Of a DNA stretch of 64,000 nucleotides, positions 15,176-25,205 are shown in pieces. Each line of letters starts with the position of its first letter. Position 1 is the stretch's first letter. A program made the translations under genes and the position numbers. The notes under the pieces are model-generated. The model ran no database searches and had not been told where the DNA came from. It was given only the letters and a program-made list of their open reading frames with translations. Source of the DNA: an uncultured Nitrososphaerales archaeon (GTDB taxonomy: Archaea > Thermoproteota > Nitrososphaeria > Nitrososphaerales > Nitrososphaeraceae); assembly GCA_963695855.1 (NCBI GenBank), contig CAVOHZ010000010.1, positions 512,001 through 576,000 on the forward strand, read 5' to 3'.

Positions 15176-15363
15176 AAAATGAGCTTATTTCAATTTTTTC
15201 GTTTTTTTTGAAAACGAGATAGGTTCACAATGAAAAATTTATATTAATTATGGACATATTTAATCAAAATGCAAGTGTGATAAAATAAGAGAAATTGTGT
15301 TAACAGAGAAAAATATGTTTAGAAATCAATAAATCTATAAGGTAAAATATATTATTATCTCTG

Positions 15364-16074
15364 ATGAACAATAGCAAACCGCTGATTGTAAATTCTAAAG
15401 AAGTTTTTTCTAATTGTAATCTATCTTGTATTAATGAGATCCTTTTTGAAGATATTGTAGGTTATAACGATATTAAACAGATTTTTAAAATGTCTTTAGA
15501 ATCAGATAAACCTGTTCATATACTTTTGGTCGGACCTCCTGCATCTGCTAAAACATTATTCATGTTAGAATGTATGAAACTTGAAAGATCTTTCTTTACC
15601 TTGGGTAGTCACAGTACAAAGGCTGGAATGATCGATTATTTATTCGAAAATCGACCGAGATATTTGTTAATTGATGAGATTGAGCACATGCCATACAAGG
15701 ATCAAACAATTCTTTTGAGCCTGATGGAAACTGGTATATTATCTGAAACCAAGTCACAAAAAACTAGAAATACCCAACTAAAAACATGGGTTTTTGCCAC
15801 ATGTAACAATAAAGAAAGATTATTAACTCCTATTTTATCCAGATTCATGATTTTTCATCTCAAACCATATAATCGAAGTAAGTTCATTGAAATTTCAAAT
15901 AAAATATTAGTAAATAATGGAACAAACCATGATGTAGCCAATACAATTTCAGAGACTGTTTGGAATAAACTTAAATCCAGAGACATAAGAGATAGCGTAA
16001 AAATAGCAAAATTAGCCAAAACTAAAGAGGATATCCTAATGATAACCAAAACATTACACGAGTACAGTAAATGA
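15364..16074 (+). CDS. stand-alone AAA+ ATPase
   Basis: FEDIVG, Walker A GPPASAKT, Walker B LLIDE, ATCN, LSRF. Confidence 0.85.
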   Translation: MNNSKPLIVNSKEVFSNCNLSCINEILFEDIVGYNDIKQIFKMSLESDKPVHILLVGPPASAKTLFMLECMKLERSFFTLGSHSTKAGMIDYLFENRPRYLLIDEIEHMPYKDQTILLSLMETGILSETKSQKTRNTQLKTWVFATCNNKERLLTPILSRFMIFHLKPYNRSKFIEISNKILVNNGTNHDVANTISETVWNKLKSRDIRDSVKIAKLAKTKEDILMITKTLHEYSK

Positions 16075-16120
16075 AAGATTATTTCAATTGTTACGTAAAA
16101 ATTTTTAAAATTATCTAATA

Positions 16121-16285
16121 TTAATTCATGTGAGGTTCATCTGGACCCATTCTCCTCCTTCTTAGTATAAATGCGATAACTAGTAATATTAGCATAATAA
16201 CAAGAAACGAAAAAAATAATGTTTCATTTACAACTATCCCTTCTGGAAGAATTGCATAAATAGATAACACTAGTATAATTATCAT
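16121..16285 (-). CDS. 54-aa membrane micro-protein
   Basis: Own translation MIIILVLSIYAILPEGIVVNETLFFSFLVIMLILLVIAFILRRRRMGPDEPHMN; hydrophobic segments followed by a basic stop-transfer patch. Confidence 0.5.
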   Translation of the reverse strand: MIIILVLSIYAILPEGIVVNETLFFSFLVIMLILLVIAFILRRRRMGPDEPHMN

Positions 16286-16494
16286 GATTAGATATATTTT
16301 ATGAGGTTTTTATATTGTTTTTTATGTTGTTTTATAATAGTTTAAAATTTTTAACTACAATATTAATTTGATTATAAAATAACAATGAATTGTTAAATTA
16401 AAAAGATTATAATTCTTTAGAAAGCCAAAATCACAAGTTAAAGTATTAGATTATAAAACCAAGTTGGATAATGAAAAACTATCCTTAATGAAAA

Positions 16495-16836
16495 ATGGCT
16501 TCCAGTAAAAATAGCAATTTGAATCCCAAAGGCAAACATGCTCATTCAACAGAATATAGACGATTAATTTGGGAAATGATTGTATGGCCATTAATACTAG
16601 AAAAAAATAAACCATATTTTTCAAAAGATGAATATCAATCAAAGAGAATAAATTTTTCAAGAGATAATCCTATACCATCTTCTAAGCTTTCTGGAGGGCT
16701 CATTTCATTGGTGGTGAAAGGGATTCTTATAAAAGAAGAAAATACGTATTCTCTACATTATCGACTTATCCCGTATCTAAGAAAGAGAGCAATTCTAACC
16801 TATGGGCAAGCACTAAAAGAAACCTATACAAAGTAA
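16495..16836 (+). CDS. hypothetical basic protein, possible winged helix
   Basis: LSGGLISLVVKGILIKEENTYSL resembles helix plus wing. Confidence 0.6.
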   Translation: MASSKNSNLNPKGKHAHSTEYRRLIWEMIVWPLILEKNKPYFSKDEYQSKRINFSRDNPIPSSKLSGGLISLVVKGILIKEENTYSLHYRLIPYLRKRAILTYGQALKETYTK

Positions 16837-16890
16837 ATAATATAATCCCATATCTAAAGAAAATGATTATCATCATATAATATTTATTAA

Positions 16891-16975
16891 AGGTGGGGAA
16901 GGGATTCGAACCCTTATAAATTCGCTTTCTATCATTTTTCTGCAGGCGAACGCATAGCCGCTCTGCCACCCCACC
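16891..16975 (-). tRNA. tRNA-Cys(GCA) with 13-nt intron at 37/38 (16927-16939)
   Basis: Acceptor GGTGGGG/CCCCACC with U73; anticodon arm TTCGC-CTGCAG[intron]A-GCGAA; T arm AAGGG-TTCGAAT-CCCTT. Confidence 0.93.
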
Positions 16976-17079
16976 ATAACAATAGCCATAAAATGGCGTC
17001 ATATAAATTTGAGCGAGATCAAGAACAAAGACATTCAAAATTTCGAATATTGTTTTTCAATACTAAATTAATTAAGAGC

Positions 17080-18080
17080 CTATCCCAAAATTATCCTCCT
17101 GTAAACAATTATGCTATTTGCTAATTGTACAAGACCTAGATAGTTCTCATCCTTCTTTTCATATCTTGTAAATAACTTCCTCAATCTATTGTTATGCCAT
17201 GAATTTGTTCTCTCTACAACCCATCTTCTTGAGGGATGTTTTGTAGAAAATATTCTTTCTTTTTCTCTTCTGTGTCGTATATGCGGTATGTATCCCCTTT
17301 TGACCATTTCTTGTTCTACTTCGTTGTAATGATATGCTTTATCAAGACACAGATTTTGTTTCTTCTGGTTATGCTTTACTTTGGGAGATGAAGATGGTCT
17401 TTTGATTACAATGTTATCAACTGTATCAATTGCAACAGTAGTAACATCATTGTGAGTATTCGCAGATATTATAACAGTAGAGAGAGGAATACCATCTTTA
17501 TCTGTAAGAATATGTCTTTTGGTGCCTAATTTGCTTCTGTCAGTAGGATTATGGCCTGTCCTCGCCCCCCCTAAAGGTGACTTTATAGAGATGCTGTCAA
17601 GTGATTGCCAGTTCCATTTGATTTCCTTCGTTAAATCATATATTTGTAGCAATCTTGTCCAGATTCTATCAAATATATATATCTGATTGTACCCATTCTT
17701 GAAATCTTCTATGACATGTTGAACCAGAACCATATTCTTTGTTTGGGTAACATTTTCCACTGACATCCAGTTCTTAGTATAAACATTATTCCATCAAGGA
17801 CTTTTCTGTATGGAACAATTGGACTTTTCTGTATGGAACAATTGGACTTTTCTGTATGGAACAATTGGACTTTTCTGTATGGAACAATTGGACTTTTCTG
17901 TATGGAACAATTGGACTTTTCTGTATGGAACAATTGGACTTTTCTGTATGGAACAATTGGACGACCTATGGTGTTATCTGGTTTCTCATCTGGTAAAATA
18001 TCTTCAATTTCATACCATAGGTCATCTGGAATACGTATAATTGTTCTACTAACAGACTTTTTACTCTTTAGCATTACCAT
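17080..18080 (-). pseudogene. IS5 transposase, frameshifted
   Basis: ILRTGCQW, SLDS, GTKRHILTDKDGIPL, LDKAY, RWVVERTNSW. Extra CAAA (~17742) and ATAT (~17676) break the PKEYGSGSTCHRRFQEW segment. Confidence 0.88.
17798..17962. repeat. tandem array, 7 perfect copies of 23-bp GGACTTTTCTGTATGGAACAATT plus GGAC
   Basis: Units start at 17798, 17821, 17844, 17867, 17890, 17913, 17936; no spacers. Confidence 0.97.
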
Positions 18081-18157
18081 GTATGATAAGAAAGAAACGA
18101 GCTATATTCCTATCTATTTTTGGGATAGGCTCTAAGTATAAGGATTTGATGTAAGAA

Positions 18158-18382
18158 TCATCTTCTAATTGTGTTTTTGTACGCAAGTAAAATATCTTCT
18201 GACTTAATAGTTTTTCTTCTCGCATGATTAGACAAAAGTATTGCGGTCTTTGAAATTTCTATTGCAATTTCTTCTAAGATAAGCCTTAATTCATTTGCTG
18301 CTTCATCACTAACCCTATCAGCACCTGCCTTCTTAATTAGTCTGCTCATAACAGCTAATCCAAATTCTGGATCATTGACCAT
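18158..18382 (-). CDS. archaeal histone (HMf-like)
   Basis: RLIKKAGADRVS...HARRKTIKSEDI histone-fold signature. Confidence 0.93.
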   Translation of the reverse strand: MVNDPEFGLAVMSRLIKKAGADRVSDEAANELRLILEEIAIEISKTAILLSNHARRKTIKSEDILLAYKNTIRR

Positions 18383-18649
18383 AAAAAAAAATTGTGGATC
18401 TTGGTTAAAAATGTAATTGAAAAATATCTAGAACAACATATCTTAACACTTACGGAATTTTGAAATAAATATATCAAAAGAATATACCAATGATTCGTTG
18501 CGTGATCATTTGTATAACTTCATTTTTCAAATACTTTTTAAATAATTCATAATTGTTGTAACATAAAAAAAATTTGTTCTAATCGAAATTTGGCTTGAAA
18601 TTAGCAGATTCACAATAATGCAACTAAGCATAAATTAATAAAAAAATTC

Positions 18650-19048
18650 TCATAAATTACTTAAAATTAGCTTCCTGATTTTAGGAGAACGCAGAGATAG
18701 CGTGAAGTAGATATCAATTAACTCATCGTTATCAGGATCACGCTTATATTTTAGAAAGAATTTTTCAAGATAGTTACCTAGAATCATTCCCAATACCAAA
18801 CCATATATGAAATCATAAAGAGATCCCTGGGAAGGAATTAGTTTTCTTGAAAAAGTAATCATTTTATCCAATTCACTGACATTAATCTTTAAAATTGACT
18901 CTAACTCTTTTTTATCTGAAAGGCTTAAACCCAAGACAATCTTGTAAATTCGATCGTTTATTTTAAGATGATTATAAAAATGCGTAAAAATAAATAAGAT
19001 TATACAAGATTTCTGATCCCAACAAATTATGATAAATAAATCAAACAT
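18650..19048 (-). CDS. hypothetical protein (true start probably downstream)
   Basis: C-terminal ~90 aa looks globular (DFIYGLVLGMI...RDPDNDEL). Confidence 0.55.
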   Translation of the reverse strand: MFDLFIIICWDQKSCIILFIFTHFYNHLKINDRIYKIVLGLSLSDKKELESILKINVSELDKMITFSRKLIPSQGSLYDFIYGLVLGMILGNYLEKFFLKYKRDPDNDELIDIYFTLSLRSPKIRKLILSNL

Positions 19049-19610
19049 GATTAGATTTATGGTTTACCTGAATAATCAACAATTTTCTTCACTGGATGCA
19101 AATTTTATCCTAAAAAAGGCTCGTAAATTAGTAGGAACACATGATATAATAGTTAGAGACTGCAGGGTTTCTAAATTTTTTATTGAATTAGATATTAGTA
19201 TCTCTAGAGAAGAAAAAATTGAGAATACAATTGACTTCTTGAAGGAAATTTCATCTTTAAAGGAATTAGTAGAAGTGAAGGAAAGAGTATTTAAAAAAAA
19301 AGAAGCGATGGAAAGAGCAATTCAGCTATTTAACGAGGAAAAATATTGGTGGTCACATGAAGTATTGGAGGGTATTTGGAAAAGAGCTTCAGGGTCTGAA
19401 AAGGAGTTATTGAATGGGTTGATCTTAGTTGCAGCAGCATTCGTTCATGACCAAAAAAATGAGAAACAGATATCTCTTTCGATTCTTCAAAGAGCTTTGA
19501 TAAAACTGTCCTCCAGTAGTGGAACTTATTATGCAATCGATGTTGACATAATAAAAGAAAAAATCAAAAATATATTAGAAAAGAAACGAATTTCGAGATT
19601 TTCCGTTTAA
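19029..19610 (+). CDS. DUF309 domain protein
   Basis: LFNEEKYWWSHEVLEGIW, GLILVAAAFVH. Confidence 0.85.
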   Translation: MINKSNMIRFMVYLNNQQFSSLDANFILKKARKLVGTHDIIVRDCRVSKFFIELDISISREEKIENTIDFLKEISSLKELVEVKERVFKKKEAMERAIQLFNEEKYWWSHEVLEGIWKRASGSEKELLNGLILVAAAFVHDQKNEKQISLSILQRALIKLSSSSGTYYAIDVDIIKEKIKNILEKKRISRFSV

Positions 19611-19637
19611 ATCAATCTTTAATATCATATCAACATA

Positions 19638-20726
19638 TTATACAGACCTTCTTTTAAGATATTCAGATTTCATTTCTCTTACATACTGATTTTTTAAATT
19701 GTAGAGCTGTTTTGGTTTTCTTTGTTGGCATTCAGATAGAACGTATGAACAGAGTATTGGAAAATAGACAGAAGAATCACCATATACTATTACGTTACCC
19801 GTGTGAGATGATTTTATTTTTCCCCAGCTTTTTCCTTCTTGGATAGTTGCTCCGGAAAGGCCGCCAGTATCAGGTCTCGCGTCTGTCAATTGTATGACAT
19901 AATCGTGTCCACCTTCTTGAATCTTTAAAATTTGATATAGTGTTGGACCAGTTTGTTGAAAGAAATTTTTTGGAACACCTCCGCCTAATTCAACACCTCC
20001 GGATAATTTGGATTTCCACAAAATTGCTGCTGATTCTGCAATATCCGAAACAAGATTATAGTTAGGTAATTTTGACTCAAATAGTAATGGAAGCATATTC
20101 ATTCCTATAGATGAATCAGTTATTGCAGGAATATACACTGGAACATTATTATTATAAGCTGAGACCATAAAGGACTTCTCTGGAAAATGAGAATTGTTAG
20201 AGGCTGATTTTCCTAAATAAAAAGAAATATCAGATGAAGACAAGGATGAAGTAGAGTCTTCTACATTAATTTTTGCCATTTCATTTTGAATGATATCATC
20301 TTGCTTTTGGAGTGTTTCTATTTCTTTTATGTATACATCATATATTCTAACAATCTGCTTGGAATACAAGATATCGTCGTCAACATCAAAGTGACCCTGG
20401 CGAACAGGGAGACCATATGCGAAGTGGAGATCATGATATGCATTTGCTCCGGTTGTAATAATCCAATCTACATAACCTTTTTCTATAAGAGTAGAAATAC
20501 AACCTCCTAAACCAATTGGTGACATTGCTCCAGAAATTGTCAGACAGACAGTAGAATCAGAATCTATCATTTTCTTGAACATTTCCGCTGCTTCAGCTAA
20601 TCTTCTAGCATTAAAGCCAGTAGAGCTGTAGAAAGAAATAAGATCTGATATAGACATGTTTGGAGAAATTTTTGGAGGATCTATTTTTTTACCCTTAAAC
20701 GAATGTTTATTATACAAGTTAATCAT
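19638..20726 (-). CDS. deoxyhypusine-synthase-like protein (possible homospermidine synthase)
   Basis: TGANAYHD, DSSIG, GGGVPKNF, DTGGLSGAT..EGKSWGK. Confidence 0.88.
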   Translation of the reverse strand: MINLYNKHSFKGKKIDPPKISPNMSISDLISFYSSTGFNARRLAEAAEMFKKMIDSDSTVCLTISGAMSPIGLGGCISTLIEKGYVDWIITTGANAYHDLHFAYGLPVRQGHFDVDDDILYSKQIVRIYDVYIKEIETLQKQDDIIQNEMAKINVEDSTSSLSSSDISFYLGKSASNNSHFPEKSFMVSAYNNNVPVYIPAITDSSIGMNMLPLLFESKLPNYNLVSDIAESAAILWKSKLSGGVELGGGVPKNFFQQTGPTLYQILKIQEGGHDYVIQLTDARPDTGGLSGATIQEGKSWGKIKSSHTGNVIVYGDSSVYFPILCSYVLSECQQRKPKQLYNLKNQYVREMKSEYLKRRSV

Positions 20727-20814
20727 TTAAGAGTACAGTCATTTATAAAAATCCATATCAATATCAAGAATCAGATAGAAGATATTTTATATTGATACTT
20801 ATAAGACTCTTGAT

Positions 20815-21759
20815 ATGATATATAATGAAAAGGGTAAAAGCATTAAAAATTACGACATAATAGATTATGAAATTAAAAAAAATGATTTGAGGGAAATAAT
20901 TAGTCAAATGTCTCAATCAGGTGGATTTGAATCAACCAATCTAACAAAGGCGATAAATATTACACGAAAGATGATAGATGACAATCAATGTACACGTTTT
21001 TTATCCTTTGTTGGCTCTATTATTTCCACCGGAGCAAGAGGCATCATAAAAGATATGATAAAAAGAAAGATGTTTGATTGTATAATAACTACATGCGGTG
21101 CTTTAGATCATGATATTTCTAAAACATTTGGAAAATATTATGCAGGAGAATTTAATGTTGATGATAGTTATTTGAAGAAACGAAACATACATAGATTAGG
21201 AAACGTATTTATTCCAACTAAAAATTATGGACCATTAATAGAAAATAAAGTTCAACATTTTCTTTCGGAGTACTATGATAAACATAAAGAATTTTCTGGT
21301 CATGAAATTGTTGATTATATTGGTAGCAAATTAGACGATAATTCGATTTTATATTGGGCACATAAAAATAAGATTCCGGTGATTGTTCCTGGTTTGGTTG
21401 ACGGAGCGGTTGGAAGCCAAATATGGCTATTTTATCAACAACACAAGGATTTTGTACTAAATTTATTGAAAGACCAATCAAGGATTTCGGATCTTGTATT
21501 CGATGCAAAAAAAACAGGTGCTTTGATGCTAGGAGGAGGAATAACAAAACACCACACGTTATGGTGGAACCAATTTAGGGATGGTCTTGATTACGCTGTA
21601 TATGTTACGACCGCGAATGAGTGGGACGGAAGTCTAAGTGGAGCTGAAGTCAGAGAAGCAATATCATGGAATAAGGTAAACGTAAATGCAAAGCAAGTAA
21701 CAGTTCATGGAGAAATTACAACTCTACTACCTTTCTTTTATGCATCATTGTATAGATAA
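20815..21759 (+). CDS. dys: deoxyhypusine synthase
   Basis: IHRLGNVFIP, DGAVG, GGGITKHH, DGSLSGAEVREAISWNK. Confidence 0.9.
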   Translation: MIYNEKGKSIKNYDIIDYEIKKNDLREIISQMSQSGGFESTNLTKAINITRKMIDDNQCTRFLSFVGSIISTGARGIIKDMIKRKMFDCIITTCGALDHDISKTFGKYYAGEFNVDDSYLKKRNIHRLGNVFIPTKNYGPLIENKVQHFLSEYYDKHKEFSGHEIVDYIGSKLDDNSILYWAHKNKIPVIVPGLVDGAVGSQIWLFYQQHKDFVLNLLKDQSRISDLVFDAKKTGALMLGGGITKHHTLWWNQFRDGLDYAVYVTTANEWDGSLSGAEVREAISWNKVNVNAKQVTVHGEITTLLPFFYASLYR

Positions 21760-21847
21760 TATCAAACCATTTAATTCTTTCTTCCCATGCAAAAATCGAG
21801 TAATAATTTAAATACCTATATTCAAATTACAAATAAATCAAAAATTT

Positions 21848-22224
21848 TTGGATGCTTTTTACTATTGGAATTCTTTTATATTCTGTAACTTCTATTTTTC
21901 TTGTGTCTATGCTATGGATCCAATAATTAAGATATCCCCAAGATGCGGAAAATTAGATGATCATAGGCTAAATATTACAGTTATTGGTTTCAGCGCATAT
22001 GGAACCTTGTATTGGGAGCTTATCAACTCTAAACACGTATTAGACACATTTGGTTATTTTAAAACTGATATCACAGGTGGATTTAATGATTATACTATTG
22101 GTGACGATTTACATCCTAATGAATATACCTACGTTTTATAGATGATAAAAATAATGATTATAATCTTGACAAAGGAGGAAAAGAGATGAAACTTAAATAC
22201 ATCATACCGTGTAATCGTGGGTAA
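21848..22224 (+). pseudogene. frameshifted small secreted protein
   Basis: ORF 21848-22141 continues in another frame near 22129 (LRFIDDKNNDYNLDKGG...IIPCNRG*); the signal-like N-terminus is also out of frame. Confidence 0.45.
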
Positions 22225-22325
22225 TAATCTGAATGATTAACAAGGTAGATTGAATTCAAAATTCTTATAATTACTTACCGTAGGCATTAACTTAAAAAGG
22301 AAGTTAAAAACAGTATTTCAATACA

Positions 22326-25112
22326 GTGTTAGATGGAAATAAAGTATTATTCAATGTGAATTCCTTTAATTTTAGAACGAAACATCTACTTGTAATCGCA
22401 GTTTTGATAATTGCTTTTTCAAGTGCTTTTATAATAAGATCATATCCAATCAAATACGGTTTCGTGCTAAATGAATTTGACCCGTATTTTGATTATAGAG
22501 CAACAAAATACATAGTGGACAACGGATTTGCAGAATATCTTCACTGGCACGACAACAAGTCCTGGTATCCAGAAGGCAGAGATGTTCCAAAATCTTCACA
22601 AGTTGGGCTTCACCTCACAGCAGCAGTACTATACAAGGTATTTGGTTTTGGGGCATCATTGCTTGATTTTGTAATAATGTTCCCAGTAGTGATTGGTTCT
22701 CTTACTACAATAGTTATTTTTGCATTTGTAAGAATTATCAGTGGTACTACAGCTGGAATGTTTGCAAGTTTGTTATTTGCGTTTATGCCCGCAATAATTC
22801 AGAGAGGTAATTTAGGTTGGTTCAAATCAGAACCTTTGGGATTATTCCTCGGTATTCTATCAATTTATCTTTTTCTCTCTGCAATAAAGGAAAAGAATGT
22901 TCGAATTACAATAGTAAAAGTAGTAGGAGCTGGATTGATTTTGGGATTGGCTAATGCTTCATGGGGAGGGATACAATATTTTAGCATACCATTGGCTATC
23001 TTTTTCTTTGCGTTACCGTTTATTAGAAAAGATTCAAAATCAATTCTATCTGCAGTGGTATTATTTACTATTGTTACCTTATTTACAGCGGGAGTGTTTC
23101 CTAGACCAGGATTATCTTTTGTTATAGGACTCCCTGGCATAGCATTAATTGTGGGTGCTGTATTTTGTGTCATCGGATCTATAATCAGGTTAAAAAGTAA
23201 ACAATCAAAAATTACTCGGAATCTTGTTGTTAGCTTGGCATTATTCATAACTCTCGCCGTAGCAATTGTGGCTGCTGGAGCTTATCAGCCATCGTCATTT
23301 AGATATCTAAACGCAATAAATCCATTTTTATCATCTCAAATTCCCCTTGTGGAATCTGTTGCAGAACACTCCACGCCCACTGTAGTAGATTATTTTACTG
23401 ATTATTCTATTCTGTTATTTTTTGCAGGGTTTGGAGTGCTGGTTGCGTTCTCTAAGAGAAATGATATGGCAATATTTGCACTAATAATAGGCATTACAGG
23501 ACTGTATGTAAGTGCTACTTTTGCAAGGTTAATGGTTTATTCTTCTATTTCAATAGTCTTGCTTGCTTCAATTGGAATTTATGAGATAACAAGAAGTATT
23601 CTTCAATACAAAGTAGCCAGCCAAGGAAAGTTAAGCGAAAAGGAATTCAAAAAAAGTGTTAGACAAGGAAAAATTTCACCCGAGGTAAAATCGTTAGTAA
23701 AGGTATCCTATGTAGTAGTACTCATTTTTTTGGTTTCCATTCCATTATTAGACACTGGCGGTATCATTTATCCAAGAAATTTTAACTGGATAAGTTCAGC
23801 AGATATCCCGCCTTCTATCGCTAATGGGGCAACAGGTTTTAGGATTCAAGTTGATGATTGGACCGATGCGTTGGATTGGATATCGAATAACACACCTAAG
23901 GATGCAGTCATTGCCTCGTGGTGGGATTACGGTTATTGGATTACGACTCTTGGAAATAGAACGACATTGGCAGATAATGCCACTATTAATCAGACAAGGA
24001 TACAAACCATCGCAAAGATGCTTATGAGTGACCCAGATACTGCAATAGCCATCGCTAAAGATCTCAAGGCAGATTACATACTAGTATATATAGTTGCAGA
24101 CAGACACCAAGGGCCTGACGGTAATGCGTTCTATACGCTCGGAAGCGGTGGAGATGAAAGCAAAAAACAATGGTTCATGAGAATAGGTGGATTTAGTGAG
24201 AGAGATTATGTTCAAGACGATGGTTTCACCCCAAATTCAAACTTTTGGAATAATACCTTACTAGGAAAAATGACTCCATTCACTCCTGTATCATATGCCT
24301 CTGTCAATAATGGTATGTTAGCAAATTTACAGCCAGATTATTCATCAGGAACAATTGCTATCAATGTGAAGGATGTTAAGTATCCAATTAATGGCGCAAA
24401 TGATCAACCATTAAGACTTGTTTATTCATCGCCAAGTTTTGAAAATAATAAAGACGACATTGTTTTTGGAGTATTATTGTACCAGATAAATAAAGATTAC
24501 ATACCAAAACCAGTCTCAATCGAACAGCAAAACATTGCTAAAAACAAAGTAGACAAAGAATCAAATAATACAAAAGGAAATTCTGAGGACATGATAAAGG
24601 CAGATATGACACCATCGGCAAATATTGCAATTCTTGAAACAACCCAGGGGAATATCACACTAGAATTTTTCCCTAAGGCAGCGCCAAAACATGTGGAAAA
24701 TTTTATTAAGCTCTCAAAGAGTGGCTTCTACGACGGCGTTGTTTTCCACAGAATAGTTAAGGATTTCGTGCTCCAAGCAGGAGATCCTAACACAAAGAAT
24801 ATTGAAACAGGAAGAGAGAAATGGGGCACAGGAGGACCTAACTTTACGATAAACGCCGAATTTAATGACATACCCCATAAGAAAGGGATATTGTCAATGG
24901 CAAGAACCTCTGATCCCAATAGCGCGGGTTCTCAATTCTTCATAGTTACAAGAGATTCTCAATTTCTAGACAACCAATATACAGTTTTTGGAAGAGTAAT
25001 TGAAGGAATAGATACAGTTGAAAAGATAGAATCCCAAAAAACTAATCAAAACAACCAACCAATCAATTCAGAAGATGCAAGAATAAAACGGGTAATAATT
25101 GAAAATAGATGA
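22326..25112 (+). CDS. aglB: oligosaccharyltransferase AglB/STT3 fused to a C-terminal cyclophilin PPIase
   Basis: EFDPY, SVAEH, WWDYG and many TM helices; then FHRIVKDFVLQAGDP, SMAR...AGSQFFI, YTVFGRV. Confidence 0.93.
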   Translation: MLDGNKVLFNVNSFNFRTKHLLVIAVLIIAFSSAFIIRSYPIKYGFVLNEFDPYFDYRATKYIVDNGFAEYLHWHDNKSWYPEGRDVPKSSQVGLHLTAAVLYKVFGFGASLLDFVIMFPVVIGSLTTIVIFAFVRIISGTTAGMFASLLFAFMPAIIQRGNLGWFKSEPLGLFLGILSIYLFLSAIKEKNVRITIVKVVGAGLILGLANASWGGIQYFSIPLAIFFFALPFIRKDSKSILSAVVLFTIVTLFTAGVFPRPGLSFVIGLPGIALIVGAVFCVIGSIIRLKSKQSKITRNLVVSLALFITLAVAIVAAGAYQPSSFRYLNAINPFLSSQIPLVESVAEHSTPTVVDYFTDYSILLFFAGFGVLVAFSKRNDMAIFALIIGITGLYVSATFARLMVYSSISIVLLASIGIYEITRSILQYKVASQGKLSEKEFKKSVRQGKISPEVKSLVKVSYVVVLIFLVSIPLLDTGGIIYPRNFNWISSADIPPSIANGATGFRIQVDDWTDALDWISNNTPKDAVIASWWDYGYWITTLGNRTTLADNATINQTRIQTIAKMLMSDPDTAIAIAKDLKADYILVYIVADRHQGPDGNAFYTLGSGGDESKKQWFMRIGGFSERDYVQDDGFTPNSNFWNNTLLGKMTPFTPVSYASVNNGMLANLQPDYSSGTIAINVKDVKYPINGANDQPLRLVYSSPSFENNKDDIVFGVLLYQINKDYIPKPVSIEQQNIAKNKVDKESNNTKGNSEDMIKADMTPSANIAILETTQGNITLEFFPKAAPKHVENFIKLSKSGFYDGVVFHRIVKDFVLQAGDPNTKNIETGREKWGTGGPNFTINAEFNDIPHKKGILSMARTSDPNSAGSQFFIVTRDSQFLDNQYTVFGRVIEGIDTVEKIESQKTNQNNQPINSEDARIKRVIIENR

Positions 25113-25205
25113 GAAGATAATAAGCAAAAATATAAAAACTATCTTTTCAACTTATATCTGATTCATGCCAAGAATATTAATAATAAGTTAAATAATTAAA
25201 AGGAA

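Larger units (their letters stand above)
17076..18132 (-). mobile_element. IS5-family insertion sequence (IS1031-like), decayed
   Basis: Perfect 15-bp TIRs GAGCCTATCCCAAAA (17076-17090 and 18118-18132); TAA target duplication on both sides; transposase motifs inside. Confidence 0.92.

Noticed and set aside
13800-16975. Intact provirus or integrative element at tRNA-Cys
   Set aside because: No duplicate of the tRNA 3' end and no integrase or capsid gene seen in the window.
16766-17038. 90-aa ORF
   Set aside because: Overlies tRNA-Cys.
17798-17962. 23-bp array as a CRISPR array
   Set aside because: Units are contiguous with no spacers, derive from transposase sequence, and no cas genes are present.
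17810-18135. + strand repeat ORFs (MEQLDFSVWNNW...)
   Set aside because: By-products of the tandem array, antisense to the transposase.
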